The position numbers and the translations under genes were made by a program. From an uncultured delta proteobacterium (lineage in GTDB: Bacteria; Desulfobacterota; Binatia; Binatales; Binataceae), in contig CAWHWI010000001.1 of the NCBI GenBank assembly GCA_963833025.1, positions 596,855 to 660,854 on the forward strand: a stretch of 64,000 bases of DNA. The letters run 5' to 3'. The notes below the pieces were generated by a model. That model was not told the DNA's origin, ran no database searches, and saw nothing but the letters and a program-made list of their open reading frames with translations. Positions 9,949-19,766 of the stretch are shown here, piece by piece. Numbering within the stretch: the first letter of the stretch is position 1; every line of letters starts with the position of its first letter.

Positions 9949-10791
9949 ATGGCGACGACGATCACGAGCGAATGTATCAACTGCGGAGCATGCGAGCCGG
10001 AGTGTCCTAACACCGCGATTTACGCGGGCGGAGTGCCGTGGGAGCTTAACGGCGCAACGAGTCCCGCGATCGCGCAGGACATCTATTACATCGTGCCGTC
10101 GAAGTGCACCGAATGCGTCGGCTTTCACGACCATGAGGCGTGCGCCGCGGTATGTCCCGTCGACTGTTGCATCCCCGACCCGGCGAATCTCGAGACTGAA
10201 GGCGTACTGCTCGCGCGCGCCCGCGAGCTGCATCCTGAAACGACTTTCCCCGACGACGCACCGTCGCGCTTTCGCAAAGAAGGTGGAGCGGGAGCGCCGT
10301 CGTCCGCGGAACCCGCGGCCAATGGCGCAGCAGTCGCGGCGACCAAGCCGGCACCGGCCGCGGCGCCAAAGCCGGCGGCGGCTCCAGCAGCGGCCGCGCC
10401 CGCAGCGGCGACTTCAGCGTCGAGCACGGAATTCAATCCGCTAACGTGGGAAGTCCCCGTCATCTGCAAGGACTGCAACGAGCCGTGGACGATTCCGTAT
10501 CGGCTGTTCGAAAAGGGCGTCGTGTTCCATTGCCCGTCATGCTCCGGATCGTTCGTGCCGAAAACCGCGATGTACCGCGCAGTGAAGGAGACCTTCGAGG
10601 GCTTCTATAATCGGCGACGGTCGGATCGCGAGGCGTTCGAGCGCAAGCGCGCGCGCGAGGCGGCGGCGTTCGAAGCGAAGCAGGCCGCCGAGATGGAAGC
10701 GTTCAAGGAGAAGCTCGAGGCGCTGGCGCATTCGATGAAGCCGGCAGGCAAGCTGGTGAAGCCGACCGGCATCGCGTCGATGTTCACGTAA
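9949..10791 (+). CDS. YfhL-like 4Fe-4S ferredoxin fused through an Ala/Pro-rich linker to a C-terminal CxxC..CxxC zinc-ribbon and a Lys/Glu-rich coiled-coil tail
   Basis: N-terminal CINCGACEPECP / CTECVG..CPVDC ferredoxin motifs; poly-A/P low-complexity region at aa 110-160; C-terminal CKDC...CPSC. Confidence 0.75.
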   Translation: MATTITSECINCGACEPECPNTAIYAGGVPWELNGATSPAIAQDIYYIVPSKCTECVGFHDHEACAAVCPVDCCIPDPANLETEGVLLARARELHPETTFPDDAPSRFRKEGGAGAPSSAEPAANGAAVAATKPAPAAAPKPAAAPAAAAPAAATSASSTEFNPLTWEVPVICKDCNEPWTIPYRLFEKGVVFHCPSCSGSFVPKTAMYRAVKETFEGFYNRRRSDREAFERKRAREAAAFEAKQAAEMEAFKEKLEALAHSMKPAGKLVKPTGIASMFT

Positions 10792-10811
10792 GTAGTCGAA
10801 GAACGCTATTG

Positions 10812-10997
10812 AAATGAAACCCACGGTGGGTTTCAAACTTCCTTCGGCAGGGGTGACCCCTGCACCCAGTCTTAAGAGAAAGAGAAGATGCGGGACTTCG
10901 TCCCTGTTAGAAGTGGTTGGGGGAGTTTTCCCGTTACTAAAGTGCAGGGTTTAACCCTGCCCAGGGAAGCGTGAAACCCACGGAGGGGTTTCACTTA
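10812..10997. repeat. Cluster of five perfect hairpins bounded by direct copies of tgaaacccacgg..gggtttca (MITE/REP-like element). Related copy at 47085-47175
   Basis: Palindromes tgaaacccac.gtgggtttca, gcagggg-tga-cccctgc, gggac-ttc-gtccc, caggg-tttaa-ccctg, gtgaaaccc-acggagg-ggtttcac. Confidence 0.5.
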
Positions 10998-11012
10998 CAA
11001 TCAAGTTCCCTG

Positions 11013-12242
11013 TTAGCCGAGCGCCGGCACTTCAAACAGGTAGCCGTGGCGTTTCAGTTGCTCGCGGATTGTTTCGATGTGGGCGGGGCCGCGGGTTTCG
11101 AGTTCGAGCATCACGCGAGCGCCGCCGATTGCCACATCGCGACGCGTGCGATCGTGATCTATCGCGCGAACGTTGGCGCCGGTCGCGGCGATCGCCGAGA
11201 CCAGCTTGCCGAGCTCGCCGGGGCGATCGCGCAAATCGACGGCGACTCGAAACAGGCGCCCGACCTTCACCAGTCCATGGCCGATAATCCGATCGAGCAG
11301 GTTGATATCGATATTTCCGCCGCTCACGACCAGCACCACGCTCTTGCCTTTGAGCTGGTCCTTGATTTTGAGCGCGCCCGCGAGCGCGGCGGCGCCGGCC
11401 CCTTCTGCAAGAAGCTTCAGCCGCTCGAGCATCAGCAGGACCGCCTCGCCGATCTCGAAATCGTTGACGGTGACGGCGCGTTTGACGCGACCGCGCATCA
11501 CCTCGAACGGAATCGCGCCGATGCGGCCGGTGGCTAGACCGTCGGCAATCGTATCGACAGGACGGCCGATCGATGCGGGCGCGTCGGCCGCGAGACTCGC
11601 GGACAGTTGCGGTGAGCCTGCCGCCTCGACGCCGATCATCTCGGCGTTGGGCGCGCGCGTCGCGAGCGCGGCCGCGATTCCCGCGATCAATCCGCCGCCA
11701 CCGACCGGGACGATCACCACGTCGGGCGTTACTTCGTCGGCGATTTCCAGTCCGACTGTGCCCTGCCCCGCAATCACGTACGAATCGTCGTACGCGTCGA
11801 TGAAGCTTGCGCCGCGTTCGCCGCAAATCTTCGCCGCCGCCGCGCGCGCCTCCTGGTAGTCGACGCCTTCGAGCACGACCGACTGGCCGTAACTGCGGGT
11901 CGCGTCGATTTTGGCAATCGCGGCCGTCGTCGGTATCACGATCGTCGCGGTCACTCCCGCGCGAGAGGCTGCGTAGGCCAGCGCCTGGCCATGATTGCCG
12001 GCGGACGCTGCTACGACGCCGCGCGATTTTTGCTCGTCAGTGAGCGTCATGAGACGGTTATAGGCGCCGCGAATTTTGAACGAGCCGGTCTTCTGCAGAT
12101 TTTCGGGCTTGATGCGCACGTGCGCGTCGAGGATTCGGTCGAGCGTCGCGCTGCGAATCAGCGGCGTCGGCTTGATGATGCCCGCCAGACGGGCGCGAGC
12201 CTGTTCAATTTGTTCCGGCAACAGCGTGCGGATAGATGGCAT
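11013..12242 (-). CDS. ilvA: Threonine ammonia-lyase (threonine dehydratase) with C-terminal ACT domain
   Basis: 409 aa; PLP motif SFKIRGA, GGGGL glycine loop, C-terminal regulatory domain. Confidence 0.85.
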   Translation of the reverse strand: MPSIRTLLPEQIEQARARLAGIIKPTPLIRSATLDRILDAHVRIKPENLQKTGSFKIRGAYNRLMTLTDEQKSRGVVAASAGNHGQALAYAASRAGVTATIVIPTTAAIAKIDATRSYGQSVVLEGVDYQEARAAAAKICGERGASFIDAYDDSYVIAGQGTVGLEIADEVTPDVVIVPVGGGGLIAGIAAALATRAPNAEMIGVEAAGSPQLSASLAADAPASIGRPVDTIADGLATGRIGAIPFEVMRGRVKRAVTVNDFEIGEAVLLMLERLKLLAEGAGAAALAGALKIKDQLKGKSVVLVVSGGNIDINLLDRIIGHGLVKVGRLFRVAVDLRDRPGELGKLVSAIAATGANVRAIDHDRTRRDVAIGGARVMLELETRGPAHIETIREQLKRHGYLFEVPALG

Positions 12243-12251
12243 CGGAGAGAG

Positions 12252-12602
12252 CTAATGATGAGTGGGCGGAGCGAATTGGCGCGGGACCGCGTCGCCGAAA
12301 GAGTCACCGTCGAAGTCGATTTGCGTGCAGGCGCCGGTCTTGTAGTCGAGATCGAGCAGGAGATTGCGGATCGCGCGGCGCTTGATCGAGGCGATCAGAC
12401 CGGCGACGGCTTCCGTATCGCCAGTCGAGATCGCGGCGACCTCGGCGGCGTCGAGATTGCTGACGCGGCAGAACTCGCGCGCCTGCTCTTCGCTCGAGAA
12501 CGCGACCACGCCGGCCCATGTTGCGCCTTTTTCCTGAAACACGATCAGCGCGCCCGCGGAATCAAGAAGCAGATGCAGCTCTTTGGGAAGCGCCGCGCTC
12601 AC
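12252..12602 (-). CDS. Hypothetical protein (116 aa)
   Basis: Complete ORF; its start overlaps the stop of the upstream gene by 4 nt (translational coupling). Confidence 0.5.
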   Translation of the reverse strand: MSAALPKELHLLLDSAGALIVFQEKGATWAGVVAFSSEEQAREFCRVSNLDAAEVAAISTGDTEAVAGLIASIKRRAIRNLLLDLDYKTGACTQIDFDGDSFGDAVPRQFAPPTHH

Positions 12603-12937
12603 GTGCCTTCGACCATGAGCTTGCCGGTGCGAATGGCCGCGGCGCGCTCGCGAACCAGCGCCGGATACGTGTAATAGTGTTCGCCGCTCAGGTGCAGGAA
12701 CGAATCGATGTCGACGTCGTCGAGTTCGAGCTCCGCAATTGCGCGCTCGGCAGCCTTGCGGTCGGGAGATTTGACGATCGAATCGTAGAGCGCGCGGCCT
12801 TGCGCGGACTGGAAATCCTCGCGCGGCGGCGGTCCGCCGGCGCCCAGTTTGCCCGAATGAAAGTTGTCCAGGATGAAGCGCAACGCTTTCAATTCGTGGC
12901 GCAGGATGTCGATTGGTTTCAGCGAATCGCGCGGCAT
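12599..12937 (-). CDS. Hypothetical protein (112 aa)
   Basis: Complete ORF, 4-nt overlap with the downstream gene; no recognisable family. Confidence 0.5.
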   Translation of the reverse strand: MPRDSLKPIDILRHELKALRFILDNFHSGKLGAGGPPPREDFQSAQGRALYDSIVKSPDRKAAERAIAELELDDVDIDSFLHLSGEHYYTYPALVRERAAAIRTGKLMVEGT

Positions 12938-12974
12938 AGCAGCGAGCTTATCGCCGCGAGTTGTCGTGATTCAA

Positions 12975-13799
12975 TCAGTCGCCCTTGATCAGGCGATGGA
13001 TGGCGCTCAGGTGGCGCTGCGAGTCGCGCTTGCGGCCCATCGCCTCGTACATCTCGGCGGCGTTGCGATGCGCCTCGACGTTGGCGGGGTCGCATTCGAG
13101 CGTGCGCAGAAAACTGCGCAGCGCATTCTGATGCTCCTCTTTCTTGCGGTAGAGAAGTCCGAGCTTGAGGTGCACCTCGGCGCTGGCGGGAACTATCGCG
13201 GCCGCGCCGAGCAAATGGCGCATCGCACCGGCCAGATCGCCCTCGCGCTCGAGCAGCGTGGCGAGACGCATATGCGCCTCAAAGTTGCCGGGCTCGCGGC
13301 CGACCAGCTCGCTGTAGATGGTGAGCGCCTTGAGGGGATCCTCGTCAGCGACTCGGCGCGCCTCCTCGAAACGCTCGCGCACGCGGGCGGGCCCGAAACC
13401 GTCCTCGACCTTGCCGGGCTGATAGCTGCCGCTGAAGTCGAAAATCAACTGTCCCGTCTCGGCCTCGATCAGCGATGGACCGTCGCGCACGACGATGCGC
13501 CCTTCGTCGTTGACGAGTTTCAGCGAGGTGACGGAGCGGTCGGGATCGACGAGCGTACGCACCCGCTCGAGAGTCCGCTGGATCGGATCGATATGCTGAC
13601 GGGTGCCGAGCAGTTCCTTGGCTAGGCGCATCTCGAGCAGGTCGTTGAATGCGAAACGATACTTGCGGCCGCCCGCATTCAACGGCCGCACGAGATTGCG
13701 CTTGACCCAGTAGCGAATACGCTCGGGCGTGACCGCGAGAATTCTCGCAGCCGTGCGCGTGGAAAAAGTCTCAGCCCCGCCGCCCGCCTCTGCCGTCAT
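12975..13799 (-). CDS. MerR-family HTH regulator fused to TPR repeats
   Basis: N-terminal HTH (TRTAARILAVTPERIRYWVKRNLV); C-terminal TPR-like repeats; likely start at the internal Met MTAEAGG. Confidence 0.7.
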   Translation of the reverse strand: MTAEAGGGAETFSTRTAARILAVTPERIRYWVKRNLVRPLNAGGRKYRFAFNDLLEMRLAKELLGTRQHIDPIQRTLERVRTLVDPDRSVTSLKLVNDEGRIVVRDGPSLIEAETGQLIFDFSGSYQPGKVEDGFGPARVRERFEEARRVADEDPLKALTIYSELVGREPGNFEAHMRLATLLEREGDLAGAMRHLLGAAAIVPASAEVHLKLGLLYRKKEEHQNALRSFLRTLECDPANVEAHRNAAEMYEAMGRKRDSQRHLSAIHRLIKGD

Positions 13800-13891
13800 C
13801 TTCACCACCAACGTCGAAGAGTATAGCAGTCGCGCGCATGCTCTCAACGACGCGCGTCGCGCTTTCTCAACACCTGTGGAGCGCTTGGCGG

Positions 13892-14305
13892 CTAGCCGCG
13901 AATTTCCTTGAGCGCGCGAATAACGCCGACTACTGCGTTGACGCCGTTTTTGGCGTTGTCGATTCGCGCGACGGCCTGCTCGTCGGTCATCGCGGGTCCT
14001 ATGATCGAGAGGCCGACGGGCTTGTCGAACTCGAGCGACAACTCGATCCCGGCGCGGGCGATCGCGTGCGCGATCACTTCATCGTGATTGGTCTCGCCCT
14101 TGATCACCGCGCCAATCATCACGACGCCTTCGATTTCCTTGCGCTGCAGGAGGGCTTTCACGACCGGCGCCATGTCGTACACGCCGGGGACGCGGACCAC
14201 GCGCGCGACCTCGGCGCCGAGCGACTCGGCGTGGCGTCGCGCCCGCTGTTCCATCGGCGTGGTCACTTCGGAATTGAACTCCGAAACTACGAAAGCAATT
14301 TTCAT
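13892..14305 (-). CDS. ribH: 6,7-dimethyl-8-ribityllumazine synthase family protein
   Basis: 137 aa; flavodoxin-like lumazine synthase pattern (KIAFVVSEFN.., VPGVYDMAPV, GAVIKGETNHDEVIA). Confidence 0.7.
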   Translation of the reverse strand: MKIAFVVSEFNSEVTTPMEQRARRHAESLGAEVARVVRVPGVYDMAPVVKALLQRKEIEGVVMIGAVIKGETNHDEVIAHAIARAGIELSLEFDKPVGLSIIGPAMTDEQAVARIDNAKNGVNAVVGVIRALKEIRG

Positions 14306-14333
14306 TTTTTCATTTTTTTCACTTTTTTACTTT

Positions 14334-15134
14334 TTACTGTGCACCCAGGTCGACCGAGACAGCGTCGCGAATCTCGACGCCGTTGCTTTTGAGATAGGAC
14401 TTCAGCGCGGGAATCGGATGCTCTCCGTAGTGAACGATGGACGCGACGATGGCAGCGTCCGCGAATCCCGTCGTGAAGGCGTCGCGCAGATGAGCGGGTT
14501 CGCCGGCGCCGCCGGAAGCGATCACGGGAATCGAGACGGCTTCGCTGATGCGGCGCGTGATCTCGAGGTCGTAACCGAGCTTGGTGCCGTCGCGATCGAT
14601 CGAGTTGATGCACAACTCACCAGCGCCAAGCCTCTCGCCTTCGAGCGACCATGCCAGCGCGTCGCGCCCGGTTGGCTCGCGTCCGCCGTCGATCACGACT
14701 TCATAGCCGGTCGGCACCTCGGGACGGGCACCGGTTTTTTTCACCTGCATCGAGAGCACGATGCACTGGCTGCCGAACGCGCGCGCGCCCTCCGAGATGA
14801 GTGCGGGATTGCGAACGGCGCCAGAGTCGATCGAGACTTTTTCCGCCCCCGCCAGCAGGACGGCGCGCATGTCCTCGAGGGTGCGAAGTCCGCCGCCGAC
14901 GCTGAAGGGAATGAAAATTTCGCGCGCCACCGCGCGCACCACGTCAAGCATGATGCCGCGGCGCTCGTTGGACGCGGTGATGTCGTAGAAGACGATTTCG
15001 TCGGCGCCCTCCTTATAGTAGTAACGCGCCATCGCGACCGGATCGCCGACATCGACGTTCTCCAGGAACCGCACGCCCTTGGTGACCTTGCCGTCACGGA
15101 CGTCGAGGCATGGGATGATTCGTTTCGCGAGCAT
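14334..15134 (-). CDS. hisF: Imidazole glycerol phosphate synthase cyclase subunit HisF
   Basis: Start taken at [12 protein letters not shown]; canonical HisF motifs throughout; the track ORF carries a spurious 112-aa N-terminal extension. Confidence 0.9.
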   Translation of the reverse strand: MLAKRIIPCLDVRDGKVTKGVRFLENVDVGDPVAMARYYYKEGADEIVFYDITASNERRGIMLDVVRAVAREIFIPFSVGGGLRTLEDMRAVLLAGAEKVSIDSGAVRNPALISEGARAFGSQCIVLSMQVKKTGARPEVPTGYEVVIDGGREPTGRDALAWSLEGERLGAGELCINSIDRDGTKLGYDLEITRRISEAVSIPVIASGGAGEPAHLRDAFTTGFADAAIVASIVHYGEHPIPALKSYLKSNGVEIRDAVSVDLGAQ

Positions 15135-15136
15135 CG

Positions 15137-15757
15137 TCAGCCGCTCAGCCGGCAGAAGTTGTCGAGCAGCTTGAGGCCCGCCGCGCCGCTCTTTTCGAGA
15201 TGGAATTGAGTCGCGATCACATTGTCGCGCGCTACCGCCGCAGTGAACTCCACGCTGTAGTCGCACGCGCCAATCGCAATCGAAGGATCGTCGGGAATCG
15301 GATAGTACGAATTGACGAAATAGAAATGCGTATTGTCGGGCACGCCGGCGAAGACGCGATGCGGCCTCATCTGGCGCACGCGATTCCATCCGATTTGCGG
15401 GACCTTGAGCGGGCGACCGTCGATCGCGCGCGGATAACGCGCGACGCGGCCCGCAATGATGCCGAGGCAATCGGCGCCGTCCTCTTCGCTGCGATCGAGC
15501 AGCACCTGGATACCGATGCAGATGCCGAGGAATGGTTTGCCGGCGCGGGCTACGTCGTTGCGCAGAACCTCGACGAGTCCGAGCGCGCGCAGATTTTCCA
15601 TCGTGGCGCCGGCCGCTCCGACGCCCGGCAGTATCACGCGATCGGCGGCGACGATACGCTCGGCGCGATCTGTAATCTCGGACTTATGGCCGAGAAACTC
15701 CAGCGCGCGCTGAACGCTGGTCAGGTTGCCAGCTTTGTAATCGACGATTGCGATCAT
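15137..15757 (-). CDS. hisH: Imidazole glycerol phosphate synthase glutamine amidotransferase subunit HisH
   Basis: 206 aa; class I GATase ([12 protein letters not shown].., catalytic Cys in GICIG, His-Glu near C-terminus); stop abuts the hisF start. Confidence 0.9.
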   Translation of the reverse strand: MIAIVDYKAGNLTSVQRALEFLGHKSEITDRAERIVAADRVILPGVGAAGATMENLRALGLVEVLRNDVARAGKPFLGICIGIQVLLDRSEEDGADCLGIIAGRVARYPRAIDGRPLKVPQIGWNRVRQMRPHRVFAGVPDNTHFYFVNSYYPIPDDPSIAIGACDYSVEFTAAVARDNVIATQFHLEKSGAAGLKLLDNFCRLSG

Positions 15758-15825
15758 GCCTCGATCCCGAGAAAGCGATCATAGCTGGAGTCGCATCGCC
15801 ACCCAAGGCGCACTAAGAATCCGAA

Positions 15826-17775
15826 TCAGATTTCGGCGCGGATGTCCCGCTGGTCGGAGAGCACGCGCACGTTGACGTGACGCTCGTCCGAGTCGCCGAG
15901 CGATCCCCAATGCATCGCGAAGTTCTCGAGCTGGACGTCCGGGTTGAAGCGTTCCGACACGCCCATCACGACTTCGTCGACGCCGAGCAGGAACGCCATC
16001 CGCGCGATCGCATAGACCTGGTCGTTCGAGACGACCACCAGCGGCGTGACGGCGCGGCCGTGGTCCTCGCAAACCTTGACGACCTTGCTGAACAATTTTC
16101 CTTCGGCGTCGGTGAAGACTTGACCGCCGTCGCTCGACGCGAGCCCTTTCTCGGTTCGCACCGTCAGAGCAATCAGCTCGGCGTCATCGCGCTCCGACAG
16201 GTAGCGATGCAGATGCGCGAGGTTGTTTGGATCGCGGATCGCAATCAGCCGCTTGTGCGGTGCGAACAGGCCCAGCCCGATCGAATCCACCTGGCTTTCC
16301 TCGATCAGCTGCAGATTAAATTTCTCGGGCTCCTCGCCGTAGGCATGCTGCGCCTGGCCGTTGATCTTTTCCGAAATCTCAAAAATCACGAACAGCGCGA
16401 GCGTGAAGCTGACGCCTGAGATCGTCGCGACCTGCTTGGTGAACAGGTTGATGACCGCGGTCGCGAACAAAACCGTGAAGGTCAACGCGAGGCCGAGCGG
16501 GAAGTCCTTACCCCAGGGGCGGAACCATGTCAGGTTCAGCGGCATCCGCCACAGGCGATGGTACTGGTCCTTGTAACGCAGAATCAGCACGGAGAGCGTT
16601 TTGAAAACGAAGCTCCAGATGACGCCGAACGCGTAAGCCTCGCCCAGCACGAACATATCGCCGCGCGAGAGCACAATCGTGGCGATTTGCAGCATCGCGA
16701 CCATGTTCACGATGCGATAATTCGTGCCGTAGCGCTTGTGCGGATGGCGGAACCAGTCGAGCAGCACGCCGTCTTCCGCGACGCGCGTCAGCACGCCGGT
16801 CGAACCGACGATCGCGGTGTTGACCGCGCCGGCGAGAATCAGGAATCCGACAAATACCACGAATGCGCGTAGCGCGATCCGCGCCCACAGCGGCCCGACC
16901 ATGAACATCGCGAGTCCGCCGATCAGATCGTCGCCGTAGTTGGACATCCGGACGCTGTCCGGGATGATCATCACCGCGAAAAATGACACCAACGAAGTGA
17001 GCAGCAGGCTGTAGATGAAGATGACCAGCCCCGTGCGCAGCAGATTCTTGAGCTTGGGCGCCTCGATCTCGCGATTGATTTGTGCCAGTGATTCCTCACC
17101 CGACATCGCGAGGATCGAATGCCCGAATGCGATCAGGATTCCGAGCGTGCCGATAGTGCGCGCGCCCGGAAAATGCTTCAGCCATCCGAGCGAGTCGTCG
17201 GTGAACTTCAACTCGAACGGCGGCAGATGCGCCCCTCGCATATAAATCGTCAGCCCGCACCACGCGATCATGAGCACGGCCATCACCGTCGTGATCTGCA
17301 TGATTCGCATCGCCTTGCCGCTGGATTCCTCGATGCCGAGAATATTCTGGCGCCAGAAATAAACGGTCACGGCTATCGCGAAGAATGCGGCCGTGAAATC
17401 CGGCGGCAGGATGATGCTGGAGTGCGCCAGCTTGAGCAGCTCGTTGATCAAGCCGACCAGGTACTGGCCAGCCGAGACGCCGCTGATCGGCCCGGTCAGG
17501 ATATAGTCGAACATCAAGGCCGACACCGAGATTTTTGCCAGCGTCGAGCCCATCGCTTCTTTGACGACCCGATAGACGCCGCCGCGCGTGAACATCGAGC
17601 ACGATTCCACGTACACGGCGCGCACTGCATACGAGAACAGCATTACGGCTAGTATGAAATATGGCGCGGAGCGTCCGCAGGCCTGCTCGACGATGCCGCC
17701 GATGTAGTAAGCTGTCGAGGCGAGGTCGCAAAGCACGATCGCGGACGCTCGCCAGAACGAGATGAAGGCGAGCAT
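15826..17775 (-). CDS. APC-family amino acid/polyamine permease fused to a C-terminal universal stress protein (UspA-like) domain
   Basis: 12 predicted TM segments followed by a ~150-aa Usp-like domain; start set at the ATG before TM1 (MLAFISFW), since the N-terminal part of the track ORF looks non-coding. Confidence 0.7.
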   Translation of the reverse strand: MLAFISFWRASAIVLCDLASTAYYIGGIVEQACGRSAPYFILAVMLFSYAVRAVYVESCSMFTRGGVYRVVKEAMGSTLAKISVSALMFDYILTGPISGVSAGQYLVGLINELLKLAHSSIILPPDFTAAFFAIAVTVYFWRQNILGIEESSGKAMRIMQITTVMAVLMIAWCGLTIYMRGAHLPPFELKFTDDSLGWLKHFPGARTIGTLGILIAFGHSILAMSGEESLAQINREIEAPKLKNLLRTGLVIFIYSLLLTSLVSFFAVMIIPDSVRMSNYGDDLIGGLAMFMVGPLWARIALRAFVVFVGFLILAGAVNTAIVGSTGVLTRVAEDGVLLDWFRHPHKRYGTNYRIVNMVAMLQIATIVLSRGDMFVLGEAYAFGVIWSFVFKTLSVLILRYKDQYHRLWRMPLNLTWFRPWGKDFPLGLALTFTVLFATAVINLFTKQVATISGVSFTLALFVIFEISEKINGQAQHAYGEEPEKFNLQLIEESQVDSIGLGLFAPHKRLIAIRDPNNLAHLHRYLSERDDAELIALTVRTEKGLASSDGGQVFTDAEGKLFSKVVKVCEDHGRAVTPLVVVSNDQVYAIARMAFLLGVDEVVMGVSERFNPDVQLENFAMHWGSLGDSDERHVNVRVLSDQRDIRAEI

Positions 17776-18084
17776 CCCGGTGGTAACTACGATTGCTTTG
17801 GTTTGTTTGCCGAAGGTCGCCTGCGGCTGAGGCCGCTCGGCGCCAAGGACTTTTGGAGTGGCTGCCAAGAATAAATCTCCCCGAGCAAACGCCGAAAACG
17901 CGGCGATGCCAGGTATTTCAATCTGCAAGATGCAGACCGCAATGATTCTACATGATTTAGTTGCGGTTCCTAAACTTGAATATGCGAACGGCAATGCATT
18001 GAGCGATTGAGGCCGTGCAATTTGCAATAATCTGGGCGACGAACGATCTTGATGCCCCCGACCCATTGAACACTAGAATGCTAA

Positions 18085-19437
18085 TTGAACAGCTCCCCGG
18101 GGAATCACTTGGCTAACATTCTTGTCGTCGACGACGACCGCAACATTCGCCGGACCCTGGCGGCGAGCCTTGAGTCCGCTAGTCATTCAGTGACTGTTGC
18201 GGAAAGCGCCGAACACGCACTGGAACTTTTCGGGCCGTCGACGCCCGCCGTGGTCGTCTCCGACGTCCGAATGGAAGGGATGGGCGGCCTGAAGCTGCTC
18301 GAAGCGATCAAACGACTCAACCCTGCCCTGCCGGTCGTGATGATGACCGCGTTCGGTTCGATTCCCGACGCGGTCGAGGCGATGCGTCTGGGGGCGTACG
18401 ACTATGTGACCAAGCCGTTCACCGCCGACCACATCGTGCACGTCGTCGCGCGCGCACTGGAGGTGCATGAACTGCGCACCGAGAACAAAGAGCTGCGGGA
18501 TCGGATCGAGAGCATTACCGAGCCCGAGCCGTTCCTCACCTACAGTCCGCATTCGCGAAAGCTCGCGGAGACCGCGGCGCAGGTGGCCGATAGCGACGCG
18601 ACCGCCTTGATCACCGGCGAAAGCGGCACCGGCAAGAGCATGCTGGCGTCGTACATACATCGCTTGAGTCCGCGCAAAGATGGGCCGTTCGTGCAGGTCG
18701 CGTGCACGACGCTCAGCGAGCATCTGCTGGAGAGCGAACTTTTCGGGCACGTGCGCGGTTCGTTCACGGGGGCAATCAAGGACAAACCCGGGCGTCTCGA
18801 AGCGGCCGAGGGTGGAACTGTTCTGCTCGACGAGATCGGTGACCTGACGCCGGTCGTTCAATCCAAGCTGCTGCGTTTTCTGCAGGAGCGGACCTTCGAG
18901 CGCGTCGGCGGTGCGCAGACCATCAAAGTGGACGCGCGCATAATCGCCGCGACCAATCAGCATCTCGAGCAACTGGTCAAGGAAAAGCGCTTCCGCGAGG
19001 ATCTCTATTACCGTCTCAACGTCATCGAATTGCAGGTGCCCGCGCTCCGCGACCGGCCGGGAGAAATCCTGAAGCTCGCGGAGCACTTCGCCGCGCAAGC
19101 CGCGCATACCCATCATAAGCCGGCCCACTCGCTCGCCGCCGAGGCGCGCGAGGCGCTGGTGTCCTACTCGTGGCCGGGCAACATCCGCGAGCTTCGCAAC
19201 GTGATGGAGCGCGCGGTGATCTTAAGCCGCGGCGAGACGATCAATCTAAGCGATCTGCCCGACAAGATTCTCGCCTCGCCCGACAAACTCGATCACAGCC
19301 ACACGCTGGAGCAGATGGAACGCCGGCACATCGAGGTAGTCCTCGAGCAAGCAATGACGCTCGAAGAAGCCGCCGAAATGCTCGGCATCAACGTCGCGAC
19401 ATTATGGCGAAAGCGCCGGCGATACGGCCTCGACTAG
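18085..19437 (+). CDS. Sigma-54-dependent transcriptional activator (NtrC family: receiver + AAA+ + HTH)
   Basis: Receiver (ILVVDDD..), Walker A GESGTGKS, GAFTGA-like ESELFGH loop region, C-terminal Fis-type HTH. Confidence 0.85.
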   Translation: MNSSPGNHLANILVVDDDRNIRRTLAASLESASHSVTVAESAEHALELFGPSTPAVVVSDVRMEGMGGLKLLEAIKRLNPALPVVMMTAFGSIPDAVEAMRLGAYDYVTKPFTADHIVHVVARALEVHELRTENKELRDRIESITEPEPFLTYSPHSRKLAETAAQVADSDATALITGESGTGKSMLASYIHRLSPRKDGPFVQVACTTLSEHLLESELFGHVRGSFTGAIKDKPGRLEAAEGGTVLLDEIGDLTPVVQSKLLRFLQERTFERVGGAQTIKVDARIIAATNQHLEQLVKEKRFREDLYYRLNVIELQVPALRDRPGEILKLAEHFAAQAAHTHHKPAHSLAAEAREALVSYSWPGNIRELRNVMERAVILSRGETINLSDLPDKILASPDKLDHSHTLEQMERRHIEVVLEQAMTLEEAAEMLGINVATLWRKRRRYGLD

Positions 19438-19716
19438 CGGGCTTTGTCGGCGGCGTTTGACGCGTCGCCAAGATAGCGGTCGTGAATGCTGGATCGGCAA
19501 ACAATCGCTTGAAAGCGTCCGACAGTGAACCCTGAAGCTCAAGTGTGGCGCACTTTCTGACCCAGAGGAACGAAAGCGAGTGCAACGAGGATCAATCGCC
19601 ATGTCAGATGTACGCCCGCATGGAATCGGCAGCAGCAACTCATTTCGAAATAAACTATCAGTTGCCGGGGGGCATCGAAAAATCGCGCGAGCGGCCGAAG
19701 CAGAAATCGAACCGGC

Positions 19717-19746
19717 GCGCTCCCGCGATGGAGCGCGCCGGCATTC
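19717..19746 (-). terminator. GC-rich hairpin downstream of the small secreted-protein gene
   Basis: 12-bp perfect stem ccggcgcgctcc / ggagcgcgccgg with a 6-nt loop, then a moderately U-rich tract on the minus strand. Confidence 0.4.
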
Positions 19747-19766
19747 AAAGCGAGCGGACGGCGCGG

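Noticed and set aside
14306-14333. Unusually A/T-rich 28-nt spacer between hisF and ribH (tttttcatttttttcacttttttacttt)
   Set aside because: It is striking in a high-GC genome but too short to interpret. It is probably an A-rich translation-initiation leader for ribH and not a distinct element.
17960-18000. Sigma-54-like GG..GC element (ggccgtgcaatttgcaat) upstream of the NtrC-family gene
   Set aside because: The spacing between the GG and GC dinucleotides is 11 rather than the canonical 10 nt, and there are no supporting features, so it is too weak to call.
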